From Candidatus Eremiobacteria bacterium (GTDB taxonomy: Bacteria > Vulcanimicrobiota > Vulcanimicrobiia > Vulcanimicrobiales > Vulcanimicrobiaceae): 64,000 bases of DNA. The notes under the pieces were generated by a model, which saw nothing but the letters and a program-made list of their open reading frames with translations, made no database searches and had not been told where the DNA came from. The DNA is taken from positions 1,760,001 to 1,824,000 of the forward strand of contig CAVTRC010000001.1 in NCBI GenBank assembly GCA_963737065.1. The letters are read 5' to 3'. This document shows, piece by piece, positions 39,393 through 49,382 of this stretch (positions are counted from its first letter, which is position 1; each line of letters opens with the position of its first letter). The translations under genes and the position numbers were made by a program.

Positions 39393-39493
39393 ACGGACCG
39401 ATGTTCCCACTTTTGCTGGGAACAACATAAGAACGTGCCGGATGGGAGGGCGTACCGGGCAAGCGGGCCACGTAGCGCATGCGCCGGGCAGAT

Positions 39494-39520
39494 AAAAGGC
39501 CCGGCATTGCTGCCGGGCCT
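39494..39520 (-). terminator. Terminator of infC-rpmI-rplT
   Basis: AGGCCCGGCA-GCAA-TGCCGGGCCT followed by TTT. Confidence 0.8.
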
Positions 39521-39541
39521 GAATGAATACGGAAATAGCGG

Positions 39542-39901
39542 TTACTTTCCGACTGCGCCCTTCGCCATTTTCACGAGTGAGTTGAAGGCTGTTGCATCGC
39601 TGATCGCGAGCTCGCTCAGCGCTTTGCGGTTCAGCGTGACGCCCGACTTCTTCAGGCCGTTCATGAACACCGAGTACGTGAGCCCTTCGCGGCGGACGGC
39701 GGCATTGATGCGGCTGATCCACAGCGAGCGGAAGTCACGCTTGCGCACGCGCCGATCGCGGAACGCATACGCCAGTGACTTCAGCAGCGCTTCGTTGGCG
39801 ACGCGGTAGTTGCGGCGGCGCGCGGCGCGGAAGCCCTTGACGAGCTTCATGACTTTGCGGCGATGCTTGATTCCGTGAGAGCCGCGCTTGATACGTGCCA
39901 T
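39542..39901 (-). CDS. rplT: 50S ribosomal protein L20
   Basis: MARIKRG, YAFRDRRVRKRDFRSLWISRINAA. Confidence 0.97.
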   Translation of the reverse strand: MARIKRGSHGIKHRRKVMKLVKGFRAARRRNYRVANEALLKSLAYAFRDRRVRKRDFRSLWISRINAAVRREGLTYSVFMNGLKKSGVTLNRKALSELAISDATAFNSLVKMAKGAVGK

Positions 39902-39916
39902 TTGGTTCGGCCCCTC

Positions 39917-40123
39917 CTATACCAAGTACGGAATCGTCGGCGCCAAGCGCTTCAAATCGCCCTTGAACGTCGGCTGATCCTTACGGAAATTGCGCTTGCG
40001 CTTACGCGACTTTTTGCTGAGAATGTGGCCGCAGCCGTCGAATTGATGCCGATGCATGACCTTGCCGGTCGCCGTCACTTTGACGCGCTTCGCGGTACCA
40101 CGATGGGTACGGATCTTAGGCAC
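39917..40123 (-). CDS. rpmI: 50S ribosomal protein L35
   Basis: AAGGAG then GTG; PKIRTHRGTAKRVKVTATGK. Confidence 0.95.
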   Translation of the reverse strand: MPKIRTHRGTAKRVKVTATGKVMHRHQFDGCGHILSKKSRKRKRNFRKDQPTFKGDLKRLAPTIPYLV

Positions 40124-40736
40124 TGGTTGGCTCCTTCGTTTCTTCTTCGTCATGCTCGGCGTGCGCGCCGTCCCTATGTTCTTTCGCGTGTTCCTTTTGC
40201 GAAGAGAACTTCGGCGGCCCGGTGGGTGCCGTACGCGGCGCCAAGATCATGAACATGTTTTTTCCTTCGAGACGCGCCTCGCGCTCGACCGTTGCAATCG
40301 GCGCCATATCTTCCGCCATACGATCCAATAATCGCTTGCCGAAGGACGTGTACGTGATTTCCCGCCCGCGGAACATGATCGTGACTTTGATCTTGCTTCC
40401 GTCCATCAAAAGACGTTCGGCCATGCGAGCTTTCGTCTCATAGTCATGCGTCTCGATCTTCGGACGCAGCTTCACTTCGCGGAGTTCGAAGTTGCGCTGC
40501 TTTTTACGGGCGTCTTTGTCTTTCTTTGACTGCTCGTACTTGAGCCGGCCGTAGTCGCCGATTTTGACAACCGGCGGTTGCGCGTTTGGCGAGATCTCGA
40601 TGAGGTCGAGACCGGCGCCGCGCGCGCGCGTGAGTGCGTCCTCGGTCGGCATGATTCCGAGCTGTGCTCCGTTTTCATCAATCACACGAACCGTGCGAAT
40701 GCGGATCTGCTCGTTTACTCTGAGCGGTCGAGCTAT
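40116..40736 (-). CDS. infC: Translation initiation factor IF-3 with an AUA start
   Basis: AGGAG-8 nt-ATA, giving (M)ARPLRVNEQIRIRTVRVID; PPVVKI, KLRPKI, FRGRE. Confidence 0.95.
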   Translation of the reverse strand: MARPLRVNEQIRIRTVRVIDENGAQLGIMPTEDALTRARGAGLDLIEISPNAQPPVVKIGDYGRLKYEQSKKDKDARKKQRNFELREVKLRPKIETHDYETKARMAERLLMDGSKIKVTIMFRGREITYTSFGKRLLDRMAEDMAPIATVEREARLEGKNMFMILAPRTAPTGPPKFSSQKEHAKEHRDGAHAEHDEEETKEPTSA

Positions 40737-40757
40737 GGCGTGAACTCCTACACAAAT

Positions 40758-40890
40758 AAAAAAAGGCGTTGCCGAAGCAACCCCACAAGCGGAAGCCTAC
40801 CGTCGGCTCCTCATGCAGTACCGGATCGCCCGGGGGCATCCGGTGAGCGCTGTGGCCTGCGAATTGTCAGGATCACACCGCTTCTTCGGC
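40758..40890 (-). ncRNA. Probable L20-type leader/attenuator of infC-rpmI-rplT
   Basis: About 150-nt 5' UTR with complementary AAGCGG/CCGCTT segments, ending in a GTTGC-TTCG-GCAAC hairpin and T7 just before the SD. Confidence 0.6.
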
Positions 40891-40896
40891 TTGCGC

Positions 40897-40926
40897 AGAA
40901 TAGCACGGCAAACTCGGGGGTGTCAA
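40897..40926 (-). promoter_or_regulatory. Housekeeping sigma-70 promoter of the infC operon
   Basis: TTGACA-N18-TATTCT with a TG extension. Confidence 0.75.
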
Positions 40927-41050
40927 CGCGCCGCCGCGTCCGCTCCGCGGCTCGCTGGAGCGAATCATAGCTCGCTTGCCCGTCAGCTCAGGCGCAGCAG
41001 CGCTGGGCGCGACGAAATGGTGTTGCGGCGACGAGGGAGTAAGGTGCGAT

Positions 41051-42910
41051 ATGCTGCACCCGAACGTCGTTGTCGCTGCGGCGGCGCTCACCGCTGCGGC
41101 GCTTTTCGCCGCGCCCGCTCGAGCGGCAACTTCGCCGCCGATCGTGTTAAACGTCGATGCATCGAGCGTCGCGACGCAAAACGTCGTGTTCGCCCACGAG
41201 CGTCTTGCGGTGAGCCCCGGCAAGTTGACCCTGTACTATCCGAAGTGGATCCCCGGCGAACACATGGTTGCGGGCCCGATTGCGAATCTCGCCGGACTCT
41301 TTATCAAAGCGAACGGACAGACGTTGACGTGGCGGCGCGAGCCGAAAGATGTGTTTGCATTCGACCTCGACGTCCCGCCCGGCGTGGCGTTTCTCGACAT
41401 CGACATGACGTATCTCGGCGCGACGTTCGGTTCATATTCGACGAACCGATTGGGCAGTGCCAATATGGCGGCGATCTTGTGGGATCAGACACTGCTTTAC
41501 CCGTCGACGGGGACGATCCAAGACACGTTTTTCGATCCGTCGATTACGGTACCGGCCGGCTGGCATGTTGCGACGGCGCTACCCGGCGCAAGAACAAACG
41601 GCAACGCGATTTCCTTTGCGACGGTTTCCCTCGAACATCTCGTCGATTCCCCGATGGACATCGGCTTGAATTACAAGCGCTGGGAACTGTGGCGCGACGG
41701 CGATGCTGCAGCGTATCTGAACGTGGTTGCCGACACGCCGGAAGAACTCGATGCGAAACTGCAAATCATCGCGCACTACAGCAAGCTCGTGCGTGAAATG
41801 CTCGCGATGTACGGCGCGCGCCACTGGCGCAACTACAATTTCCTGCTGACGGTCTCCGACGTCATTCCCGGTGAAGGCATCGAACATCACGAGTCGAGCG
41901 ATGACGGCGCGCCCGGCGATCTCTTCACGAATCCGAAAACGCTCGATCGGGAAGCCGATCTGCTATCGCACGAATTCAATCACTCGTGGGACGGAAAGTA
42001 CCGTATGCCGGCCGGCTTGTACCAGCCGAATCTCCAATTGCCGTACGACGATTCGCTCTTGTGGGTCTACGAAGGTATGACGCAATACTACGGCAACGTG
42101 ATGTCGTGGCGCGACGGCTTGCGCGATGCGAAAACGTGGCCGGATCATATTGCCGCGACGTACGCGTACTACGATAACGAGCCCGGGCGTCAGTGGCATC
42201 CACTGCTCGACACGGCGGCGTTCGCCCCCGTACTTTATACGTATCCGCGCGGATACAACGCCGAGCGGCGGAGCGTCGATTTCTATTCCGAAGGCGAGCT
42301 CATGTGGCTAAAAGCCGACAGCATCATTCGCGAAAAGACGAACAACAAAAAATCGCTCGATACGTTCGCCCGCGCGTTCTTCGGTCAGGACAACACCGGG
42401 CCGATCGTCAAGACATATACGCGCGACGATATCGTCGCGGGACTAAATCAGATCCTGCCGTACGACTGGGCCGGATTCTTCAAGACGTGGGTCGACGATA
42501 TCGCGATCCATCCGCCGGACGGATTTACCGCCGACGGTTGGAAGCTCGTATATACCGACAAGCCGCAGCATTTCGTCGAAAAATCGAACTTCTGGTATTC
42601 GATCGGCGTGAACGTGCGTAACGGGAGCGTGTCCGACGTGCGCTATGGTTCGCCGGCATGGAAAGCTGGTCTCGGCATCAACACGAAGATCGTCGCCGTC
42701 GACGGCCGCGAGTACTCCGATGATGGGCTCTACAATGCAATCGAAGAGTCAAAGGGCACGAGCAAACCGATCGCGCTCATCGTTACGCACACGGACGACT
42801 ATCGCACAATCGAGATCGACTACCACGGCGGTTCACGATATCCACATTTGGAACGCGTTCCAAACACGCCGGATCGCCTATCGGATGTCGTCAAACCATA
42901 TACGAAGTAA
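41051..42910 (+). CDS. Secreted M61 family (glycyl) aminopeptidase with PDZ domain
   Basis: PKWIPG, LVDSP, GIEH, SHEFNHSW, LWVYEGMTQYY, GSPAWKAGL. Confidence 0.92.
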   Translation: MLHPNVVVAAAALTAAALFAAPARAATSPPIVLNVDASSVATQNVVFAHERLAVSPGKLTLYYPKWIPGEHMVAGPIANLAGLFIKANGQTLTWRREPKDVFAFDLDVPPGVAFLDIDMTYLGATFGSYSTNRLGSANMAAILWDQTLLYPSTGTIQDTFFDPSITVPAGWHVATALPGARTNGNAISFATVSLEHLVDSPMDIGLNYKRWELWRDGDAAAYLNVVADTPEELDAKLQIIAHYSKLVREMLAMYGARHWRNYNFLLTVSDVIPGEGIEHHESSDDGAPGDLFTNPKTLDREADLLSHEFNHSWDGKYRMPAGLYQPNLQLPYDDSLLWVYEGMTQYYGNVMSWRDGLRDAKTWPDHIAATYAYYDNEPGRQWHPLLDTAAFAPVLYTYPRGYNAERRSVDFYSEGELMWLKADSIIREKTNNKKSLDTFARAFFGQDNTGPIVKTYTRDDIVAGLNQILPYDWAGFFKTWVDDIAIHPPDGFTADGWKLVYTDKPQHFVEKSNFWYSIGVNVRNGSVSDVRYGSPAWKAGLGINTKIVAVDGREYSDDGLYNAIEESKGTSKPIALIVTHTDDYRTIEIDYHGGSRYPHLERVPNTPDRLSDVVKPYTK

Positions 42911-42915
42911 ACAGG

Positions 42916-44130
42916 TCACGGTTGCAGGATCGCAAGCGCATCGCGATAGCGCTCGAGTAGGAAGCTGATTGCCTCGTCGTCGATTACGAGCGGCGGCGCG
43001 ATGCGCAACACGAAGCGATGCGTGTCTTTTGCCGCGACGCCGCGTTCGAGCAACGCCTGGCTCAACGCCTTTGCGGGTACGGTCAGCTCGATCCCGATCA
43101 GCAGGCCGCGCCCGCGAATCTCACGCACCAACGGCGATGAAACCGCGCGCAGTCCTTGCATGAGTTTTGCGCCGGCGTAGCGTGCGCGCGCACTGAGATT
43201 CTCTTCAATCAAAACGTCGAGCGCCGCCATTGCAACGGCCGACCCGAGCGGATTTCCACCGAACGTGCTGCCGTGATCGCCGGGCTCGAACAAGCGCATC
43301 AGCGGCTCGTTCGCAAGCGCCGCGGAAACGGGATAGTAGCCGCCGGCGAGTGCTTTGCCGACGACCAGAATATCGGGCTTGATGTTGTCGTAGTCACATG
43401 CGAAGAGATGACCGGTGCGTCCGAAACCCGTTTGAATTTCATCTGCGATGAAGAGCACGTTATGCTCTCTGCACATTGCCCATGCGCGCTTGAGATATCC
43501 CTCGGGCGGGACGATCACGCCGCCTTCACCTTGAATCGGCTCGATGAGGATCGCGCACGTATTCGGCGAGATCGCGCGTTCGAGGGCGTCGGCGTCGCCG
43601 AACGGAACGAGCACGAATCCCGGCGTAAACGGCCCGAACTGCTTTCGGTAGCCCGGCTCGCTGCTCGCGCTGATGATCGAGGTTGTGCGCCCGTGAAAGT
43701 TGTTCGTGAAGACGACGATCTCGGCCGCGTCATCGGGAATTTCTTTGACTGCGTATCCCCAGCGGCGTGCAAGTTTGATCGCGGTTTCGACCGCTTCGGC
43801 ACCCGTGTTCATGGGCAGGGCCTTATCGAAGCCGCACAGCTCCGTCAGCTTTTTGAGGAACGGTCCCATGCGCGTGTTGCGCATCGCTCGGGAGGTGAGC
43901 GTCACTTTCGAGGCTTGCTCTATGAGCGCCGCCTCGATGCGCGGATGGCAATGCCCTTGATTGACGGCCGAGTACGCGCTGACGCAATCGAGATACTGTT
44001 TGCCGTCGACGTCCCAAAGCCACGCGCCTCGTGCCCGTTCGACGACGAGATCGAGCGGTGAATAGTTCTGAGCGCCGTAGCGTTCATCCAGCTCGATGTA
44101 CGTGTCGGAGAGACTGTTCTCTACATGCAT
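42916..44130 (-). CDS. rocD: Ornithine--oxo-acid aminotransferase
   Basis: SAYSAVNQGHCHP, MNTGAEAVE, NFHGRT, EPIQGE, DEIQTG, HGSTFGGNP. Confidence 0.93.
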   Translation of the reverse strand: MHVENSLSDTYIELDERYGAQNYSPLDLVVERARGAWLWDVDGKQYLDCVSAYSAVNQGHCHPRIEAALIEQASKVTLTSRAMRNTRMGPFLKKLTELCGFDKALPMNTGAEAVETAIKLARRWGYAVKEIPDDAAEIVVFTNNFHGRTTSIISASSEPGYRKQFGPFTPGFVLVPFGDADALERAISPNTCAILIEPIQGEGGVIVPPEGYLKRAWAMCREHNVLFIADEIQTGFGRTGHLFACDYDNIKPDILVVGKALAGGYYPVSAALANEPLMRLFEPGDHGSTFGGNPLGSAVAMAALDVLIEENLSARARYAGAKLMQGLRAVSSPLVREIRGRGLLIGIELTVPAKALSQALLERGVAAKDTHRFVLRIAPPLVIDDEAISFLLERYRDALAILQP

Positions 44131-44264
44131 GATCCTCATAAGGGCGCCGAGTGTGTTTACTCCGGGGCAGAGACCCCGCAAAGGAACATGGGGGCGCAAA
44201 CGCCCATGTTCGAAGAACACTTGCTCGCTCACTTAAGGACGCCCCGAAAGCCTACCTTCTCGCG

Positions 44265-45125
44265 ATGAACCGTATTCCAGACGACACCCGGGCGACGCTC
44301 GGCCGGTTGAGATCGCGCGATCACGCCCGTGTGAGCCAAGCCGGGCGCACGAAACTGCTGCTTCATGACGAGGTGCGTCCGCTGGCAGTGGTCCTGTTTC
44401 ACGGCTTGTCCGCGAGTCCGACGCAGTTCGTTCGATTCGCGCATGAGCTACATGCGCACGGCCACAACGTCGTCGTTCCGCGCCTGCCGCGCCACGGTCA
44501 TCAGAATCGCCTGTCGACCGCGCTTGCGCATTTGACCGCCGAAGACTTGCGCGCATCTGCTCGCGAGAGCGTCGATATTGCATCCGGACTCGGCAAAAAC
44601 GTCGTTATCGCCGGATTTTCACTGGGCGGGTTATTGGCGGCGTGGATCGCGCAACGCTATCCGATAGAACGCGCGGTCGCCATCGCGCCATTCTTCGGCA
44701 TTTCGTGGGTGCCGAATCGGCTGATGGGATCGTTTGCGACGGTGATGCTCGCGTTGCCGAATCGGTTCCATTGGTGGGATCCGATCGCGCGCGAGCGACA
44801 GATGCCGGAACACGGGTATCCGCGCTATGCAACGCATGCCGTTGCGCAGTCGTATCTGCTCGCACGCGAAGTCCTCGGCGATGCGAAGAAAGGCGTTGCG
44901 GCGAATCAACTGATCTTCGTGACCAATGCGCGGGAAGCCGCGATCAATAATCGGGCGGTGCGGACGTTGGAGCGTCGCTTGCGCAAGGTTCATCCCGAAC
45001 GGCTCGATCACGTTGTGCTCACCGACGTGCCGTTTTCGCACGACATCATCGAACCGCTGCGCCATCCGCAGGTCGCCGATCGTGTATTCCCGACGATCTT
45101 GAATTTGATCGAGGGTGAACGGTGA
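44265..45125 (+). CDS. Alpha/beta hydrolase (carboxylesterase/lipase-like)
   Basis: LFHGL, PRLPRHG, GFSLG, HDIIEP. Confidence 0.85.
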   Translation: MNRIPDDTRATLGRLRSRDHARVSQAGRTKLLLHDEVRPLAVVLFHGLSASPTQFVRFAHELHAHGHNVVVPRLPRHGHQNRLSTALAHLTAEDLRASARESVDIASGLGKNVVIAGFSLGGLLAAWIAQRYPIERAVAIAPFFGISWVPNRLMGSFATVMLALPNRFHWWDPIARERQMPEHGYPRYATHAVAQSYLLAREVLGDAKKGVAANQLIFVTNAREAAINNRAVRTLERRLRKVHPERLDHVVLTDVPFSHDIIEPLRHPQVADRVFPTILNLIEGER

Positions 45126-45670
45126 AGCGGCGATGCACCTGGGCAACGACGGCACTGATGATTCCGTATCACGACAACGAATGGGGCATCGCGGTGCATG
45201 ACGATCGCGTCTTCTTCGAATTCTTGACGCTCGAAGGCGCGCAGGCCGGCTTGAGCTGGGAGACGATTCTGCGTAAACGTGAGCGTTATCGTGCGGTGTT
45301 TCTCGATTTCGATGCGCGCCGGGTCGCACGTATGACGCCCGCACGCATCGAGCGCTTGATGAGCGATGAAGGAATCGTCCGCAACCGCAGTAAGATCGAA
45401 TCAACCGTTTCCAACGCGCGCGCGTTTTTGAAACTGCAAGATGAATGTGGTTCGTTCGATGAGTACGTGTGGCGCTTCGTCGATGGAAAGCCGATTGTCA
45501 ACCGCCCGCGCGCGCCCGCTGACATTCCTGCGCAAACGCCGCAGTCGCAGGCGTTGAGCACCGACCTGCGTAGACGCGGGTTTCGTTTCGTCGGCCCAAC
45601 CATCGTGTACGCATTCATGCAGGCGACGGGACTCGTGAACGATCATCTGGCGGTGTGCGCTTGGCGCTGA
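45122..45670 (+). CDS. tag: DNA-3-methyladenine glycosylase I
   Basis: RCTW, YHDNEWG, LEGAQAGLSW, IVRNRSKI, GFRFVGPT, NDH..C. Confidence 0.95.
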   Translation: MKRRCTWATTALMIPYHDNEWGIAVHDDRVFFEFLTLEGAQAGLSWETILRKRERYRAVFLDFDARRVARMTPARIERLMSDEGIVRNRSKIESTVSNARAFLKLQDECGSFDEYVWRFVDGKPIVNRPRAPADIPAQTPQSQALSTDLRRRGFRFVGPTIVYAFMQATGLVNDHLAVCAWR

Positions 45671-46553
45671 TCGAGCCGCCGAAGAGCGCTCCCGCGCAGT
45701 CGCATGAAGAAGCGGTCGTGCGCGCAAGGGAGGTTATGGGACGCGATGACGATCGCATCGCGCCCCACGCGCGTACGCAATTGCTCGATCACGGTGCGCG
45801 TACACCGCTCGCCGTCGTGCTTTTTCACGGGTTGACGAATCATCCGGGGCAGTATGCGAACGTTTGCGCCGCTCGTACACGCGCGCGGGGCGAACGTCTA
45901 CGTGCCGCGCTTGCCGTATCAGGGCTACGTGGACCGCATGACGAACGCGCTCGCCGCACTGACTGCGGAAGAGCTCATCGCTGCAGTCGTACGATGCGGT
46001 CGACATCGCGTGCGGCTTCGGAGAGCGCGTTGCGGTCCTCGGAATTTCCGCGGGCGCCCTCCAGTGCGCGTATCTCGCGCAGTATCGCGACGACGTTGCG
46101 GTCAGCGTTCCGGTCTCGCCGGACTTTGCGATCTTGCAATTGCCGTACGATGTGAGCAAGACGCTGGGATGGCTGATGCGCCATATACCCAATATGTTTC
46201 TGTGGTGGGATCCGCGCATCCGTGAAGCGCAGCGACCGAAAACCGCGTATCCGCGCTTTCCCACCCACGCGCTCGCCCAGACGATGCGGATCGGTGATGC
46301 CGTGTATCGTGCGGCGCGCGATATACAAGCGCGCGCGCAACGGATCACGACGGTCGTCAATCGCGCCGATCCCGCCGTCAACAATGAAGTGACGGAAGCC
46401 GTCGTCAATGAGTGGCGCGGGTTGCGCAAGGAAGGGATCGAGTATGTCGTATTCCGCAACCTCCCGGAAAACCACGACATCATCGATCCCGACAACCCGC
46501 ACGCCGCAACGGGCCTCGTCTATCCGAAACTCATTGCGGCGCTCGGTTTGTAG
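45655..46553 (+). pseudogene. Alpha/beta hydrolase paralog split by two +1 frameshifts (near 45860 and 45986)
   Basis: Three frames join to LFHGLTNHPGQYA / FAPLVHARGANVYVPRLP...LTAEELIAA / SYDAVDIACGFGERVAVLGISAG...HDIIDP, colinear with 44265-45125. May be sequencing error. Confidence 0.75.
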
Positions 46554-46586
46554 GCGTACGCGGGATGCGCTTCGGCGTGCGCCGCG

Positions 46587-47607
46587 TTAAATAACGCGGA
46601 TCCAACCGTCCATTTGTGCTCGCGCGTGAAACAGACAGTAGTATTTGAACGCGCCTTTCTTCGTGAATTTCAACGAATACGAAGCACCCGGCGGCAGTAC
46701 TCCGGAATTCGTAAACGTCGAGCCGTCGTATGTGTTGCCGCCGGCGGGCGGAATGAACGGCGGCCCCTTCGGAAGCGGCTGGCCGGCCACCGGGAACGTC
46801 ACGGTATGCGGCGCGTTGTTCGACTCATTCACCCATGTAATCGTCGTGTTGAGCGGAACGGTTAACGTATGATTGTTGTAGTCGCGGCCGTCTTCGACGA
46901 ACCGGAAGACGGTTGACTGGGTGATCGGCGGTTGCGCTAAGCCCGGTGCAATGCCCGCGGCAATTGTCGTACCGAACGGTTTGAACGGAAACTGCGCGAG
47001 CGAAGCGCGCGCCGCGTTGAGGTCGTCCCATTCGTCGTCGGAGCCGGCATGCGTGTAAAAACCTTGCGTGTGCGGATACGCCGTACCGGCGCGCTGCACC
47101 GTTATCATGCCTTGCATTTCCGGATGGTGCAGCAGGCAATAGTAGTGGTATGTGCCCGGCTTCGCAAAGCTAGCGGTAAAGGTTTGGCCATCGTTGAGCA
47201 GGCCGGAGCTGACGAATTTCGTTCCGTCGACGACGTGACCGCCTGCGGGCGCGGTTTGCTCGGGGCTGCCATCCGGCGGAAATGGCTTGCCCCGGAAGTA
47301 GAAACGATACCGTGTGCGGCTCGGTCGACGCGACTCGCCACGTTACCGAATCGCCCGCGTCGATCGTAATCGATCCGTCATAGAAGTCGAGATCCTGAAA
47401 CGCTTGGTCTAACGTCGATGCGCCGGCTTGGATGGACCACGTGCGCGGTCCATTCGCGAGCGCGCTCATCGCGGTCGCGTCCGTTCCGCCGCTTTGCGGA
47501 ATCGCTTGCTGTGCTGCGGGCGAACTCGATCCGCCGCTGCACGCGCACAGAGCGAGCGCGAGCAAAGATCCGCAAAGCGTTGCGGCAATATGAAATCTCA
47601 TAAGCAT
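46587..47607 (-). pseudogene. Lipoprotein with two cupredoxin (type-1 copper) domains, one frameshift near 47290
   Basis: Lipobox-like LCAC; PHTV...YCLLHHPEM and PHTV...YCLFHARAQM. Removing one base in GGGCAAGCC joins the two ORFs. Confidence 0.75.
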
Positions 47608-47703
47608 CAATTCTCCAGAAGTGACATACCGGAATGATGCTATTCCATCATGTCCGGTTCCCCCGGTTAATGGACAAGCGATAAATTGTGAAACCGCATT
47701 CCA

Positions 47704-49382
47704 TTACGCGCGAACGCCGTTGTGAACGGTGAAAATGTTGTTTGGATCGTATACGCGTTTGATCCGTGCAAGGCGATCGGATAGTTGGCGCCCCAATACG
47801 ATCTTCCGAACGACGGTTCGAAGTAGTTGCTTTCGGACACGTACGATCCGCCGTTCGGCGCAAGATCACGGAGCCGATTCATGCCCGCATGCACCGCTTG
47901 CGCGCTCGCGCGAGCCTTTCGCAGGTCCGGTTCGTGACCGGCAATTCCGGGATAGACGCTTTGCGCGCCGTTTGCACTGATCGCAAGTGCGAACGCGGTA
48001 GTGACGTTCGGGTTCGTTGCCGTATCCAAGGCCGCAGCGATCGCCGCGGCCGGCGCGCCCGCAAGCCCTTTGTTGAAGTGCAATGCGAATCCGTATGGGC
48101 GCGACGCTTCGTAGATCGCGTCGACCAATGACGAGCGATGCGCGCCGTCGAGCAGCGACGCCGGAAGCCACAGGGATTCGTAGCCGTAAAGGAAGACACC
48201 GACTTGATCGCTGTCCCCGCTCCACCACCAATTCGTTCCGTGTTGCGGACGGGGATCGAGTCTCACCGACGTACTGTCGTGATCGACGCGCCAGGCGCGG
48301 TCCCACCAGTGGCGCCCCGGCATCGCGCCGATATGCGGCCCGTCCGCGATCGTAAATTTCGACGGCGATGCTTTCACCGAATCGAAAAACGGTTTCCACA
48401 CGGCGTTCATCGCGTCCGACGTGAGTTCCGCACACACCATATTGATAGCAAGCACGTTGTCGCGGCGGAACTCGACGCTTTCGCCCCAGTGCTCGTTGAA
48501 CAGCGAGTCGCGATAGAACGTGATGAACCGCGCGATCAATTCGCGGTACGCATCGTTCGATGACGCCCTGATCTCCGCATTGGCGCCGCCCAAAAACTCA
48601 GGCAGGTCGTGCAGTGCGAGCGTCAGCCGCGTGACGACGCCGAACGTGCCGCCCCCGCCGCCCTTCAATGCCCAAAACAGATCGGGATCGCTCGACGCAT
48701 TGACCGTGCGAATTCGTGCGTCGGCGGTCACCACTTCGGCTTCGCGCAGGCTCGATGCAGCCGTGCCGAAGCGCTTGGAGAAACTGCCGAAGCCGCCGCT
48801 TTGAATCAAACCCGCGACGCCGACCGTCGCGCATCCCCCGCCTTGAACGTACCTCGCGTGCTGCGTTGTCACGGCATCGTACGCCTGCGCCCATATCGTT
48901 CCCGATCCCAGCGTGACGGTGTCATCGCCGACGTTGATGTCGTGCATCCGGCGCGTCCAAATCAACAGTGAATCGGGCGCGTTCGATGTGCCTTGATAAC
49001 TGTGTCCGCCGCCTTTGACTGCCAATCGAAGGTTGTAATTCCGCGCGAAGTTCACTGCGGCGGCGACGTCGCCCGCGTGCTGCGCGGCGACCGCGTGCGG
49101 GCTTGTCGTACTCGTCCACGCATCGGCCCATCCAACCGTTTGCGTGAGCGCCGGATCGTCACCGATGAAATAGGGATTCTTCAGACTCTCGAAGAGCGCA
49201 TCGCATGCAGTCGTCCCGCTCGCGCACGACTCGAATGGCGAGCGCAGCTCCATGACCTCGCCGTCCGTCGCTCGGCGCAACTTCTCCCACGGAATCGTCG
49301 CTTGAGCGGCGCCGGAATACCGCGGTAACAATGCAATGAGCGCAGCTGATGTGCCGCCCTGCAGTAACAAGCGCCTCTTCAT
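47704..49382 (-). CDS. Tat-exported FAD-linked oxidoreductase (BBE/VAO family), frameshift near the C-terminus (about 47779)
   Basis: MKRRLLL, KGGGHS, GGGCATVG, DLFWALKGGG. The canonical end DRLARIKRVYDPNNIF..., with TAA at 47706-47704, lies in another frame after YWGANY. Confidence 0.85.

Noticed and set aside
45855..47785. Programmed ribosomal frameshifting
   Set aside because: No slippery heptamers at the breaks, these families are not known to be recoded, and the clustering points to sequence error.
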